From Paraphysomonas bandaiensis (lineage: Eukaryota; Protista; Chrysophyceae): 17,766 nt of DNA. The translations under genes were made by a program, and so were the position numbers. The notes beneath the pieces are model-generated. The model worked only from the letters and a program-made list of their open reading frames with translations, was not told the origin of the DNA and did no database searches. Positions 1 to 11,295 of this stretch are shown here, piece after piece (positions within the stretch are counted from its first letter, which is position 1; each line of letters begins with the position of its first letter). The stretch covers positions 1-17,766 of the forward strand of contig CBFFRP010000501.1 of assembly GCA_965644295.1 (NCBI GenBank), written 5' to 3'.

Positions 1-646
1 TCTACATTGAGTGGGAGTATTAGAATATGGACTGTATCCTAGTATATTCAATGTGGTACTTGAAGACAATGTACGAGAATACAGTGAAGTATGGTGATGT
101 GTAGATGCTGTTATGATATTGAGAAAACTGAAATAGTTTGCTCTTTCAAGATATGTTTAGTAGCGAAAGGTCTACAGAAGTAGTGATTTATGCATGGCAC
201 AAAACGAGCTTGTGTTGTTTAACATCAATTTGTGTAAACGATATTAATAAATCTATCTAGTCTAACAACTTAATCTCTCTTTGATCTAAGTAAAATGAGC
301 ATTTCCCAACACGTTACTCAAAGAATACAGTAGTAGCTAACCGTATTATGCGAACCAATAATATGATAGCCATAGTAGTGATGAAACTGAAATATACTGA
401 CTGTACAAGATAGTGACGATGTAAGATTGTACTATAAATGGTTGGTGTAGTGGAGATAAAAAGAGTTGGTGAACGTCAATGAATGAAGAATGGTACCTCT
501 TATAATTAAATATTCTTAGTGTTTATCAAAGTTCTATTACTAAAAGTATGTCAATTTCTAACACACAAAGAAAAGATCTCAATCTACAAATATTTTAAAC
601 GATTTGGAGTGCACCTCCTCCACACACACGTAAACCGCGATTGAGC

Positions 647-664
647 TAACCCTAACCAACCCTA
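647..664. repeat. Short interstitial telomere-like motif CTAACCCTAACCAACCCT
   Basis: About 2.5 imperfect CCCTAA units, in opposite orientation to the terminal array. Confidence 0.6.
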
Positions 665-948
665 AGAGTAGTTTGAAAGTACGTATTACATATATACATA
701 CAATATTTATTTACCAGCAACTTCTACTAATATGATAAAGTTGTCGGGTTGAGAGCACGATATAATAACATCGTGGCATGGATACAGTGCTGTTGGTATA
801 TATAAAGCCACAACAATAGCAGCACACTCAATCCTTTCCAATATCAAAAAATATTAGCACTATATAACAACAACCCACACCGTGGGTAACGAAATATTGA
901 ATACCGAAATATTCAACACAACTCAGTTTTCAGAAAAATTGTAGTTCC

Positions 949-3287
949 TTACATTGGAATATCTGGGAGGGGTCTCATGGATCTATCTGGAGACCCCAAA
1001 CTACTTCCACGGCTCTCCCTATGATGATGGTACCAATATAACTGTTGGGCGGTTGAGTTGTCAAAAGGACGGAGATAATTGGTTGTTCCAGACGGAGGTC
1101 TGGCACTGAGCCTGACCGAGGAGGGCCGCTGCTCGGAAATTGAGGTAATTGATGAGGTGGGTGACGATCCAGTCAGAGATGGTGCAGAGCTCCTCAAGGC
1201 CCCAACGAGACCTCCACCACCAGCAGCATGGAGAGCAGAACTGAGTGCACTGGCCCCATTTGGTCCGCAGGGAGGGGTCCCGTGCTGCGGAGGGGTACTC
1301 AGCGGAGCATATAAACTCCACCTATTAGCGGAGCTATCTCGGGTGAGCCTTAGATCTAAAGGAGTGGGCTTAGCAAATATTTTCTCATCCCCAACATGGT
1401 CTGTTCCCGACCCTGCCACATATTGCCCGTCCTTGCCAAATGATGATATCGAGGAGGCCGCATACATGTCTTTGTCAACAGTGCCCGGTGCCCTCCAGAA
1501 TCTCTGTGGATCATCAAAAACTGTTGACCTCCACGATGATGGTACAGGAGTAGGGAGAGTGGGGGGATTAAACCTAAACACAACGCATCAATGTAAAGGA
1601 AAAGTCACAGTAGAAGAGTGCGCACCTCGTCAAGCCATCTGCAGGGATGCGACCTTGCAATGGTTGTAGCTTCTGCTCTCCCGAGACTCGACTAGATACC
1701 AGAAGCCTCGTCCGCTCGTCCGCTGACCCCACCAATTGTGGGCCTACTCTTTCCGTCCCCGTCCCAGTCAGTTGCCGCCATAAACTTGACAGCACACCCA
1801 CTCGAGCTGGAGGCACAGGGGCTGAATCCGTAGCTGAGCTTAGAGATGTCCGAAGAGAAGCGGGATACTTCCTCCCAAATCCTGCACCCATCTTGGGACC
1901 ATTCTCTTCGTATTTAGGGAGTGGGGGTGCCAACTCCATGGATCCACCATCTCGACTCTCCGAGTCGCAGGCCTCATAATCGTCTAAGTTGGACCCACCT
2001 CTGAGCCTACTGCTACTCCACGGGCATCAAACCACCAAATAAAAATAGAACGAATCACACACTCACATCATCTTTCCGGTGCCTGAAGAACGGGAAACAA
2101 TAGTCAGTAATAGCAGCACTGTTGGAAGGTAGTCCCACACGAGAATGATGAAGAAAAGCGCAGGAGATACATCCGCGTTGTTCTATAAGGAATGATAAAG
2201 AAACACACCATGTTACTTCAAAGACCACTGATTATACGCACAAATATACCTGTAAGGGAATGTCTGGGAGGTTGAAGTTTTTGAAAACACCCACCACTGC
2301 CTGGTATATCACCCTGGAGAGAAAAGAAATAGAGAGCACCACATTGACTACTATCATATGTTCTTTAGTTACAGTGAGCATGCCCAATCGTTGCCAGTCG
2401 GTGAGATAGTATAGCTAAGAAAGTACAGTCAACATACCGCATCATGGCAATACAACAGCACACCTTGATTCCAAAGGTTGTCTGTGTGATGGTAAGAAAT
2501 AAAAAGCACACCGCTGTCACCACTCTGAAGACCCACCCAGAGTACTCCGTGTGGAAGCACCTGCTAAGCGCCTCATCATCATCGAGCAGGTAAGCGCTCC
2601 CGGCACATTGCTGTTGTTTACGCTAGCGACACATTAAAAGCAGTGGGGCGATAAAACAGACAACAGTATAAGCGCAAGTACCTGCTCCACTGCAGAAAGA
2701 AGTGACCACAAAATTGTGAATATGGTCAACCCCGACGTGCAAAACACATACACTGGTCGAACATACATTCGGTAAGATTTGTATTCCCTAAGTTAAACTA
2801 TCAACCCCAATACTCCACACATGAATAGCGGATAACCTGGGATACACCATATGGGCAAAGAAGAGCGGTATCAGCATAAAAGAGCCAAATTCCATCGGAA
2901 CTGGAACCCAGTACAGAGTGTAAAATTTGAATGCCCCCCAAGTTGACGTGCACAGCAAAGTCAACAGCCAAAACACTCCCCGGATGAAAAGCCACCCAAA
3001 GCAGAGTATATAGAAGAGAAAAGACCACGACTAAATAACATGAAAGTGAAACACTCGTGTCATTGTACACCGCTATCTACCTTTAAATTATTATTGGCGC
3101 TGTAATGGTCGAACGTCAAGATGACCTGCACGAACTAATCAAACTCTACTCGTATCACAGCAACAGAAAAATCGCACCAGAAACCCCAAAATTAAAAAAT
3201 TCGTCGCCACTAAAATGGTCTGTCGCAAAAGAAGTGAGTCGGAATTAATCTTATTACGACAAGACATAAGTGATGCCACACATCCAT
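949..3287 (-). CDS. 7-transmembrane protein of the GPR137/TM7SF1 (THH1/TOM1-like) family with long Ser/Pro/Gly-rich C-terminal tail, ~622 aa, 10 exons
   Basis: Hand-spliced exons 3287-3258, 3219-3178, 3125-3081, 3030-2837, 2787-2682, 2622-2464, 2414-2250, 2182-2067, 2012-1626, 1573-949 (1869 nt, frame open, nine GT-AG introns of 38-67 nt). Seven hydrophobic helices, with segments SWSFLFYILCFGWLFIRGVFW, FYTLYWVPVPMEFGSFMLIPLFFA, FLSRVIY, LVWDYLPTVLLL and tail VFDDPQRF resembling GPR137 motifs (LYCFPVCLQF, WELLPT, FDNPRRY). Joins ORF-track pieces 2788..2976, 1574..1939 and 949..1581. Start exon is the least certain part. Confidence 0.8.
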
Positions 3288-5142
3288 AATCAGCAGGTCT
3301 GCAGGGACACGCACCTTAAGAGGGAGAAACATTATCACTATCACCTTATCAGCTCAACTCAACGGCCATCAGTCATATTGGATGAGTCTTAATTCCATCA
3401 CATGTTAGCTGGTGACTGCAAGGAGTGTCTATTGCTCAGGGTTGTGATATATGCTGGTGTCATGTGGGTGATATGGTGGTGGGGTGGTGTATCGCAACAC
3501 TCTCCCCCACAATTCCACACTACAAACACCGTATGATGTGTACTACGTATACCGTATAGGTATACAATGCTGGAGGCGGAAAAAACTGTTTTCAGTTTCT
3601 TGCACCCCACATCGTGCAATAATCAGTGTCATCACACATGACATACACTGTAGGCTACTGAAACAATCATATGGTGCTCAAACAATGACACGTACCACGT
3701 AAACACACTGGGTTACCAATAGAACATCATGCTATTCTGGAGATGCGGAGTCCAAATATTTCACAAGTTTTTGATTTAAATTCGCTTCTAAGATTGCAAT
3801 TATTGTCCTTCGTCGAAATCCACAATTATGGAGAGCTCCTGAACTCACTGTGGAAGTACATAGCAGAGATCAGTTGCTGAAAACAATGTTGTGATATTAT
3901 AGCAAATATGAGATTGGAATTCTGATTCTGCGTTCATTGATAAACGGTCGAGAAGTATGCACTGGCCATTGTAGAAGGACATGACCTATAGTACGCCTTC
4001 CTTGTAGCACTTAATGATCCCAAATGCCCCCAATTCAAGGAATCGTAATCATTCTTGATATTTGGGTGCTGTGTGTTTCATCTTTTATTTTGTTGGAATT
4101 ATCTTCTTTCATTGCTCTAGGCTATAGACATCCATTGTCCCAACCCCTTCCAACTGCTGATGTAACTGTCCTATTTTGCGGTGAATTCAACCTCAATGGC
4201 TGTTTATGATCTGTTTTAATGGTTTGATTAATGTAAGTATGCTTTGATGAAATATTGAGGCTGTGCTTGATGGAATTGCTGCTTTGCAGATGCAATAAAA
4301 TATATTCATATATGTCACTTGTGATGCAATGTCGTATGATATGATATCAACCATACCCACTCGAATTTGATGGTTTTAGTGAGTTATTATTACTACTTTA
4401 GTTTTTTTTCTTGCTCACGTCATTTTGTCCTTCATTATTGATCTGGAATTGCGATAATAACTTAAATGCGAATATATAGAGGTACTCGTGCGAGTTGTTG
4501 TGGTATAAAATTGGCAGACAACATTAATAGCGACTTGTAGAATACGTATCCCATTTATTATGCATCCTAACATATCTAATTCAATTCACTATATAGAACA
4601 TCATAACTCACATATACTATCATTTATTAAGATGCATCCTAATATTGAATAATGGCTATTGTCTTCGTGCCTTCAACGGTGCACGTTTCCCTATCAACTC
4701 GTGTAGCATGCGGGTGAATCTGGTCCATCAGTGATTAATTGAGACTTTTATTTAAACAAGTCTGCTAGTGGATGTGTTTATGATGACATACATATCTATA
4801 ACTAACTGAATTAATTGAATCTTCCTGATTATAAGAGATTTGTCCAATTTATTCCGCACCGATTTCGTTTATAATCAACCGGAAAGAATGCTCTTGGAAT
4901 ACTACTCACTTATTTCTGTAAGAAAAGCTACTTAAAATATTGTAAGGTATATTGTATGAACTAATATATCACAACGTATATGGATTTATGGGATTATTCA
5001 TCAAGTTTTCTCTAATTGAGAAGTCATACACTGCAAATGAAGAAGCTGATGTGTCTGCAATTCCTACTTAATTGTCCTTACCATATATTACTACCAATTA
5101 TATATTATTCGAACAAAATTTACAGCTAGATATACACTTGAG

Positions 5143-8100
5143 CTAATCGAATGCTATACAATGCAGGGAATTGTCACGACAACCAACCCATATTCTACCA
5201 CAATCAGAGTGAGAACAAACTACAGGTGACGAAAACACTTCCCCTGGCAACCTCAATTTCTGCGAGATTTTCCATTCCAACGCGGGGTTGTGCTCACCCT
5301 TTGAACACTCTTCAATCAGACAAACATCTCCCGCGGTAGTGCACACTATAATATATAACTTCGTAATACAATGACGATGCGTGTAGTACACAAAAGGTGC
5401 CCCAAATACAACTGCCCCAACATCTACTTCCCACTGAACATATCCTGAGCGACAGGCTATACACCTCACATATCCATCATGTGCTCCCAATATAACACAT
5501 GTCTCGTCCGGATAGTGCAAAAGACACAGTGGTGAAAACACAGGACACGTTTGCAGTTTCGGCGACAACAGTTGCGTGACCCAAACTACGGAACCATCCT
5601 CACACGACAAGCAAGTTATATTTCCCCCAACAGTAGCATATATAACACAAAGTTTATTTTGTGGACAATCATCTGGGGTAGATCTCAATGTAGACGGGAT
5701 AGTTATACTTGTAGAAACTGGGGTTGAGAATACAGGTGCAGAATTGAGCGACCTGTGTTTCCAATTAAAATGATACTCAAGGTGTTGAGAAGACTCATGA
5801 CTATCCCTACCGCCGAGCCTTAATGATAAAGATACTACCCAGCCAGATGTAGTGCATACACAGCATTCAATAAAATCTCGAATAGAACCACTTGTGGTAT
5901 TGTTTTGCAATGGAGACCCAACGAATATAATGGATGTATAAATAGCACCACATCCGGTTTCAATGCGATCTAAAAGAGTTCCATCAATACTTCTGAAGCA
6001 ATATATACTTCCATCATATGATCCCACTAAAACTGCGGAGGTAAAGTTATCCGACACAGGATTCGGCAAGCGAATAATAGACGGACACGCTTTTATCTCG
6101 CCAGTAATGCTATCACCAGAACACCATAAAACCTAATCGAAAGCTCACACAAGTCGTTCGACATATATCTACCCACCTCGCCTGATCTAGAATCTAAGCA
6201 CCACAACATTCCATACGAAATTCTGACCCCAGCGTCTTCAGGACGGTCACTGACTTCATTTCGTTGTGCCCCATCCACATCTCTTCCAAAGTACGAGGAC
6301 ACAAACACAGGGTAACCTTGTTCTGAAGAACTCGAAACCGAAGAATCCATCACTGCAAGACTGCAGTGTGGGTCACAAATAGCACCTCCCTCGATGTGAA
6401 CATCTTTTCCAAGGTTAGTGGCCCATACGAGCTGACCTGTACCATCAATAGCTGCAAAATCTCCACCGTGCGATCCCACGAACGATATCACACGGCTTTT
6501 AGTTACACGACTAAATGCGACCAGAGGAGAGCTGTCAATGCACCTATTCAATGAACAGGACCAGACCTCCCGCATCCCACAAAAAGTGTTACCAAGTACA
6601 TCGTTGTTTAAGGGCTCTTGAGCATCCTTACTCGACATACAGGCCCGACTCCACCATACAACATCCGGTTTTCCCTGTTCAACTATAACTTTCTGGCTGT
6701 CCCGCTTCCTTTTGACACCACGACCTACTCCTGCGTCGCAATGATCTGAGAAAATTGTATCATGATTTACATCATCATCCGCTATTCGAGTAAACGCAGT
6801 GACGCACGGGCTGGCACCTTCTTCAATTGCTTTTGCAAGGTGGTAAAGTGAAAGCTTCATAACATGTTTGTGGTCCACTCTTACACCGTGCTTCTGGCTA
6901 ATGAGCCATACAACTTCAAATCCCTTCATCGAGTCTCCCCCAAGAGCTGTAAGCGACGCCGAAGGAGAGCATAAGATATCTTCTTCCTGTAGTGATGACA
7001 ATATCTGGAGTGGATCAACTGAAAGAACTGTCCCAAAAATACAGAGAATGCTCTCAATAATATCGAGAAGTGTCTGAGGAAGGTCACATCTAGATTGCAT
7101 CAAATCCTTAACATGACCGATATTGGTAATATTCCTGCCTTTACTTCTGCTATATGCGACAAGGCGTTCCGCATGACGCTGCAGCATTTTCCTATTCACT
7201 TTCCCCGTCGTAGTTCTCGGAATGACGTCAACAACAAAGGTAAATTCAGGCAAATAAATGGTTGGAAAATTACGAGACACAAGCAATGCTCTCACAGCCA
7301 CAGAAATGTTCAACTCGTTCTCGTGTAGAGAAAGCGCTGTAGAATTCAATCCAATTGTAGGAAGGATAGCTCTGTCAATAAACGCAACTAATACGTCACC
7401 GCCAGATTCTTGTCGCAAACAAGTCAAAACTACAAGCGGATCGACATCATGCACAGCTGATTTTCTCATAGCTGCGGTGAGAGTAATTTCTACCTCCTGC
7501 AAATGAGCCCTCGCTCCTCCTGAAAGTTTCACCTGAAAATCTTTTCGGCCTAATAACTCTAAACATATCCCTGTCACGGGAAGGGGATACTGCGGCAGCG
7601 ACCCATCTGTTTTATGCACTCGTACTATATCCCCCGTGCAAAAGATTTTCCCAGTGCATTCCGGAAAAGGACTTGGAATGAATCTCAGATCTTCATATGG
7701 GGTTTGATATCCGTCCGCAACCTGTATACCACCTACCAGTAACTCTCCCTCTTCCCCGGGTTTTACCAGCTGCCATGTTGTTACAGCCTTTGATTCCACT
7801 TTGTGAGCCACAAACAAAAGGTTTCCATTTATTACTTCAGTTGCTATTGGGACAAAGGTCATTCCCATTCCGATATCAAGAGTTGAACTTTTTCGTGTGT
7901 ATAGATCCGCAGCACACACGTCTCCTGCTACTTCCGTGGCCCCATAAAGGTTTATAAGCTGAGCACATGGCAGCACCCCACTCAGCACGGCCTCACGGAA
8001 GGCTATTACCACACTCTCCTCACAAGTTTCACCACTGACGAAAACGAGTCGTAGAGTTGACCAAGACCATGTCATGCCTCTCTCTTCCTTCTCCTGCATA

Positions 8101-8999
8101 ACTACCTCTGGAAGCTGCCGCAACATTAACGAGAGCTGAGACGGAAGCAGCGTTATATGAGTGACACCTGCAACAGAGGCATGTAAAGCTATGCTGGATA
8201 TACCACTAGAAGCAAGTAGATATCTTGGTGGAGCCCACAAGGAGGACCCAGAAAGGAGAGAGCCAAAAATTTCAGCCATGGCATCCACAAATATTAGAGG
8301 GGTCCGTCTGCATACAACATCCCCTTGCTCCCACCCGTACCTTTTTCCTTGCCATCGCACCCGATTTAATAGACCGTTGTAAGTGCCTCTCACTCCTTTG
8401 GAGATACCAGTGGAGCCAGAAGTATACATTATATACAAGGGCGGATCAGTGTCTGTATCTCCAGTAAAATCAGTAGATGATTCACTTGGCTGCAAAATAT
8501 TTCGAGTGAGGAGGGTAGCCCAGGAATGATCAGAGACAATAGCCCCATTAGGTTGAAGCAGCACTGTCTTATGCATACCAGCCACCGCAAGAGCCTGGAC
8601 TACGTCATCTGTATCAGACTCAGCCACACAAATAGCAGCAGCTGGTACACAGTCTGCAAACATTTCCTTGAGTCGACTAGTCGTGTGGATCCAGTCAGCA
8701 TCAACAGGAACAAAAGGAGCGCACATACGCGAACAAGCAACGCATCCCACCAGCTCTGCGGCTGCGTATCCTTTGCAGCAAAGTACCACAGCATCCCCCC
8801 TCCTTATGTTATACCGGAGACGCAGCTGGCTCTCAATGGCGTCACAGTGTATTTGGAGTTCCATGTAAGAGAGCTCCTCGTCGCCCTCAGAGGGGTCTGA
8901 TATATGGCCACACAGAGCTGCATGGTCACTCCTCATAAGCACTACGCTGTTGAAGAGACCTTGTAGCCCTCTGTCCTCCGCAAACACGTCCAAACTCAT
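5143..8999 (-). CDS. AASDH: AASDH/ACSF4-like beta-alanine-activating NRPS-type enzyme (adenylation domain + phosphopantetheine carrier domain + PQQ-like beta-propeller), ~1270 aa, 2 exons
   Basis: Exons 8999-6177 and 6132-5143 joined by a 44-nt GT-AG intron (6176-6133), giving ...DSRSGE|VLWCSGDSITGEIKACP. A-domain motifs YIMYTSGSTGISKGV, NLYGATE, FCTGD, GRKDFQVK, PRTTTGKVNR; carrier motif LGGDSM; propeller repeats CIDSSPLV, FVGSHGG, LVGSYDG, PVFSTP, LGAHDG, LPGEVFSSPVV..WVGCRDN. ATG at 8999 is the first in-frame ATG. Confidence 0.9.
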
Positions 9000-9394
9000 A
9001 AATGGGATGGAAGGAGAATGATGCCTAGCAGCAGAGCCATGTACTGACCTCACAGATCAGCTCAACTCATCTCTGCTCAGACAGAAGCATGAGCAGTTCG
9101 ACTGACCACGAGACAACCTCATTGGATAGCGCAGTGCAGAAGGTGGTATTCTGGTATACGGCTGTATTCTCTGGGTAGGTAGGTTGAGCCTATTTCACTG
9201 CCACTTATACATTGTATAACTCGAATACGGCGAAATACTGAACAACCCAGCTGTGTATACCACACACCAGTCAGCCGCCCCTTTGACACTGTCATCCATC
9301 AATCTCAGTAACAGTAATTCCATCTCCATCGCACCCAACTAACTTATTACTGAATACAATTAGTACGAAAGGTTTATTTCAACTGTGAGTAGAT
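9000..9394. promoter_or_regulatory. Short head-to-head intergenic region, probable bidirectional promoter of the AASDH-like and RSL1D1-like genes
   Basis: 395 bp separate the two divergent start codons (8999 minus, 9395 plus). Inferred from geometry only; no core promoter element confidently identified. Confidence 0.55.
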
Positions 9395-10394
9395 ATGACA
9401 TCAACTGTGAATAACGAGTTAGATGAAGCGTTGGTGCGAAGAGCTGTAGATGCTCTGCTAAAATACGAGAAGAAAAATGCCAGTAAGAAAGAGAGTTCGC
9501 AATTGTTGGGAACCTATGCCAAACCAGTGCTGGTTCAGGTGGTTGACTGAACTAGTATTAGCCTTGTGTTACAAATTTAATATATAGGTACAACTTAAAA
9601 AGCCCATTAAAAGCCCTGTGATTCGACCAGTGAGAGTGAAGATTCCCTATAGTATGTTCGACTCAGACGGCGAAGATCACAGCATTTGCTTATTCTGCAG
9701 GTCGAGTGATAAGGAAGCGATTTCTAACTACATATCTGCGCATCCTGTTGATGGGCTGACCAAAGTTGTTTCAATAGATGACGTGAAAAAGCAGTATAAG
9801 GCTTTCAAGGATAGAAAAACTCTACTTTCCGAGCACACCCATTTCGTCTGTGATACCCGCATATTCAGCCAACTGATCAACTTACTTGGGAAAGTATTTG
9901 GTAAACGCAATCATCTCCCTATTCCTATAGATATATCGAACATGGATAAAATTGAGTCTTCTGTGAACAAAGCTGTTCACAACTCCACGTATATGAGTAT
10001 AGCTGGCCAGACCATAACGTTGCGGTTGGGACACACAAATATGGCATCTGATAAAGTCGCGGCCAACATTCTCTCTGGTGTCAGGGTGGCGGTAGAGAAA
10101 CTGGATGTAGGTGTGCGCTTGGGAGGTGTACACAGTGTGCACATAAAGTCCCCAGACAGCGCAGCACTGCCAATCCACTTCACCCACAATAGCGACATCG
10201 GCGACTTTGTGGCTGCTGCCGCTGAATCCACCCAAGAAGATTCGGAAGGTGAGCCCATTTCTGCACCAAAGTCTGTAAAGAAAGGAAAAAAGAATGTTAT
10301 GTCCAGCAAGACCAAGAAGACAGGTGCAACCCCTTCAAAGAAGACAACTGGGGCGAAAACACCAACTGGAAAAACAAAATCCAAGTCGAAATAG
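9395..10394 (+). CDS. RSL1D1: Ribosomal L1 domain-containing protein (RSL1D1/Utp30/Cic1-like nucleolar ribosome-biogenesis factor), ~316 aa, 2 exons
   Basis: Exons 9395-9538 and 9588-10394, 49-nt GT-AG intron. Translation MTSTVNNELDEALVRRAVDALLKYE...VQ|VQLKKP..RPVRVKIPYS..ICLF..KVVSIDDVKKQYKAFKDRKTLLSEHTHFVCDTRI..LLGKVF..LPIPI..RLGHTNM..VAANI..SVHIKSPDSAALPIH fits the family pattern; Lys-rich tail. Confidence 0.88.
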
Positions 10395-11109
10395 ATGTAG
10401 GGCGACAGTTGTTGGGTATGATTGCTCCATGTTCATTTATAAAACATTTCAAATAGTTCAAGTTTATAATTAATATTGCATCTTATTCATTATTTTTCGA
10501 TCTTTTACGAAAATGGATATGTTTTAGCATACACGTTTAAATTACAACTATGAAACCCATATCAGTAATGTCCAACAAATGGACATACTTGGATGGGTTA
10601 AGTTAAATAACTGAAAGTTAAACTCACACAGTAATCAACTAATAAAAAATAATGATCAACTTGTCTCACCATTCATTAATATTCGCTAAGATTATATTCT
10701 CTCAACTACCAATCAGTATTATCAGTTCTTAGACAGTCAATATACTTTTAGTTTCACTACTATTATTCATATCATATCATTACTTCATGATGAAGTGTGA
10801 TGGACATTCTATTAGGATTCAGCTTAATACTAGATTGTATCTGTGAGTTATAATGTTCAATGAAATATAATGAACTGAATTAGAGAGAATATCTGTTGAA
10901 GATACATGATCGTCATCATAACGTCGTCATTATCAGTTACACTTCTAACTATTCCGTTGTGCATGATAGTTATGTTTTATATTGTTATTCATAATTCTCA
11001 CTCTGTCTGTTCATTACATTACACCCTAATAATCACAACACTGTTTTACTATTACTAAGATCAATTCTTTATTCATTCAAGATCGATCGAGTGTATGACT
11101 TTTGTGACT

Positions 11110-11295
11110 GCATAGTACCATCCCACGGGGGCCTATAAACACTTTATAGAAAGCAATATTGCTAGGGAAAGAAGTTTCCGCAAGCAACCTTGTGGGTAAT
11201 TAGACATCCGAGTTATTGTTGAACCGAGGTGTCTTACTGAACTCACTGGATGGTGCTGGCTTTCAAAATTCGTGCCCATGTGTCGCGAATTTTTT
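11110..11295 (+). ncRNA. Candidate structured non-coding RNA of unrecognised family
   Basis: Seven nested stems found by eye (listed in the finding), non-Watson-Crick stem pairs read as G-U on the + strand, final 10-bp hairpin running into T6 (11290-11295). No match to a family I recognise; expression unknown. Confidence 0.45.

Noticed and set aside
1079-1979. Plus-strand ORFs 1079..1669 and 1647..1979
   Set aside because: Antisense shadows of the last two exons of the 7TM gene; no recognisable motifs.
2801-3070. 89-aa hydrophobic minus-strand ORF (MYNDTSVS...)
   Set aside because: Wrong frame; starts at a GTG inside an intron. The overlapping frame carries the family motifs and splices correctly.
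4553-4642. Imperfect ~20-bp direct repeat CATTTATTA..TGCATCCTAA
   Set aside because: Only two copies in AT-rich DNA; a local duplication, not an array or CRISPR.
5143-6069. Separate 308-aa PQQ-repeat gene
   Set aside because: It is exon 2 of the AASDH-like gene, joined by the 44-nt intron 6176-6133.
11021-11030. ACCCTAA upstream of the structured element as a telomerase template
   Set aside because: Only 7 nt of telomere complementarity and separated from the structured region by T4 runs; expected by chance.
11122-11196. tRNA call for the 75-nt cloverleaf
   Set aside because: No TTC T-loop/B-box, no D-loop GG, and loop sizes (3, 4, 4 nt) are incompatible with tRNA.
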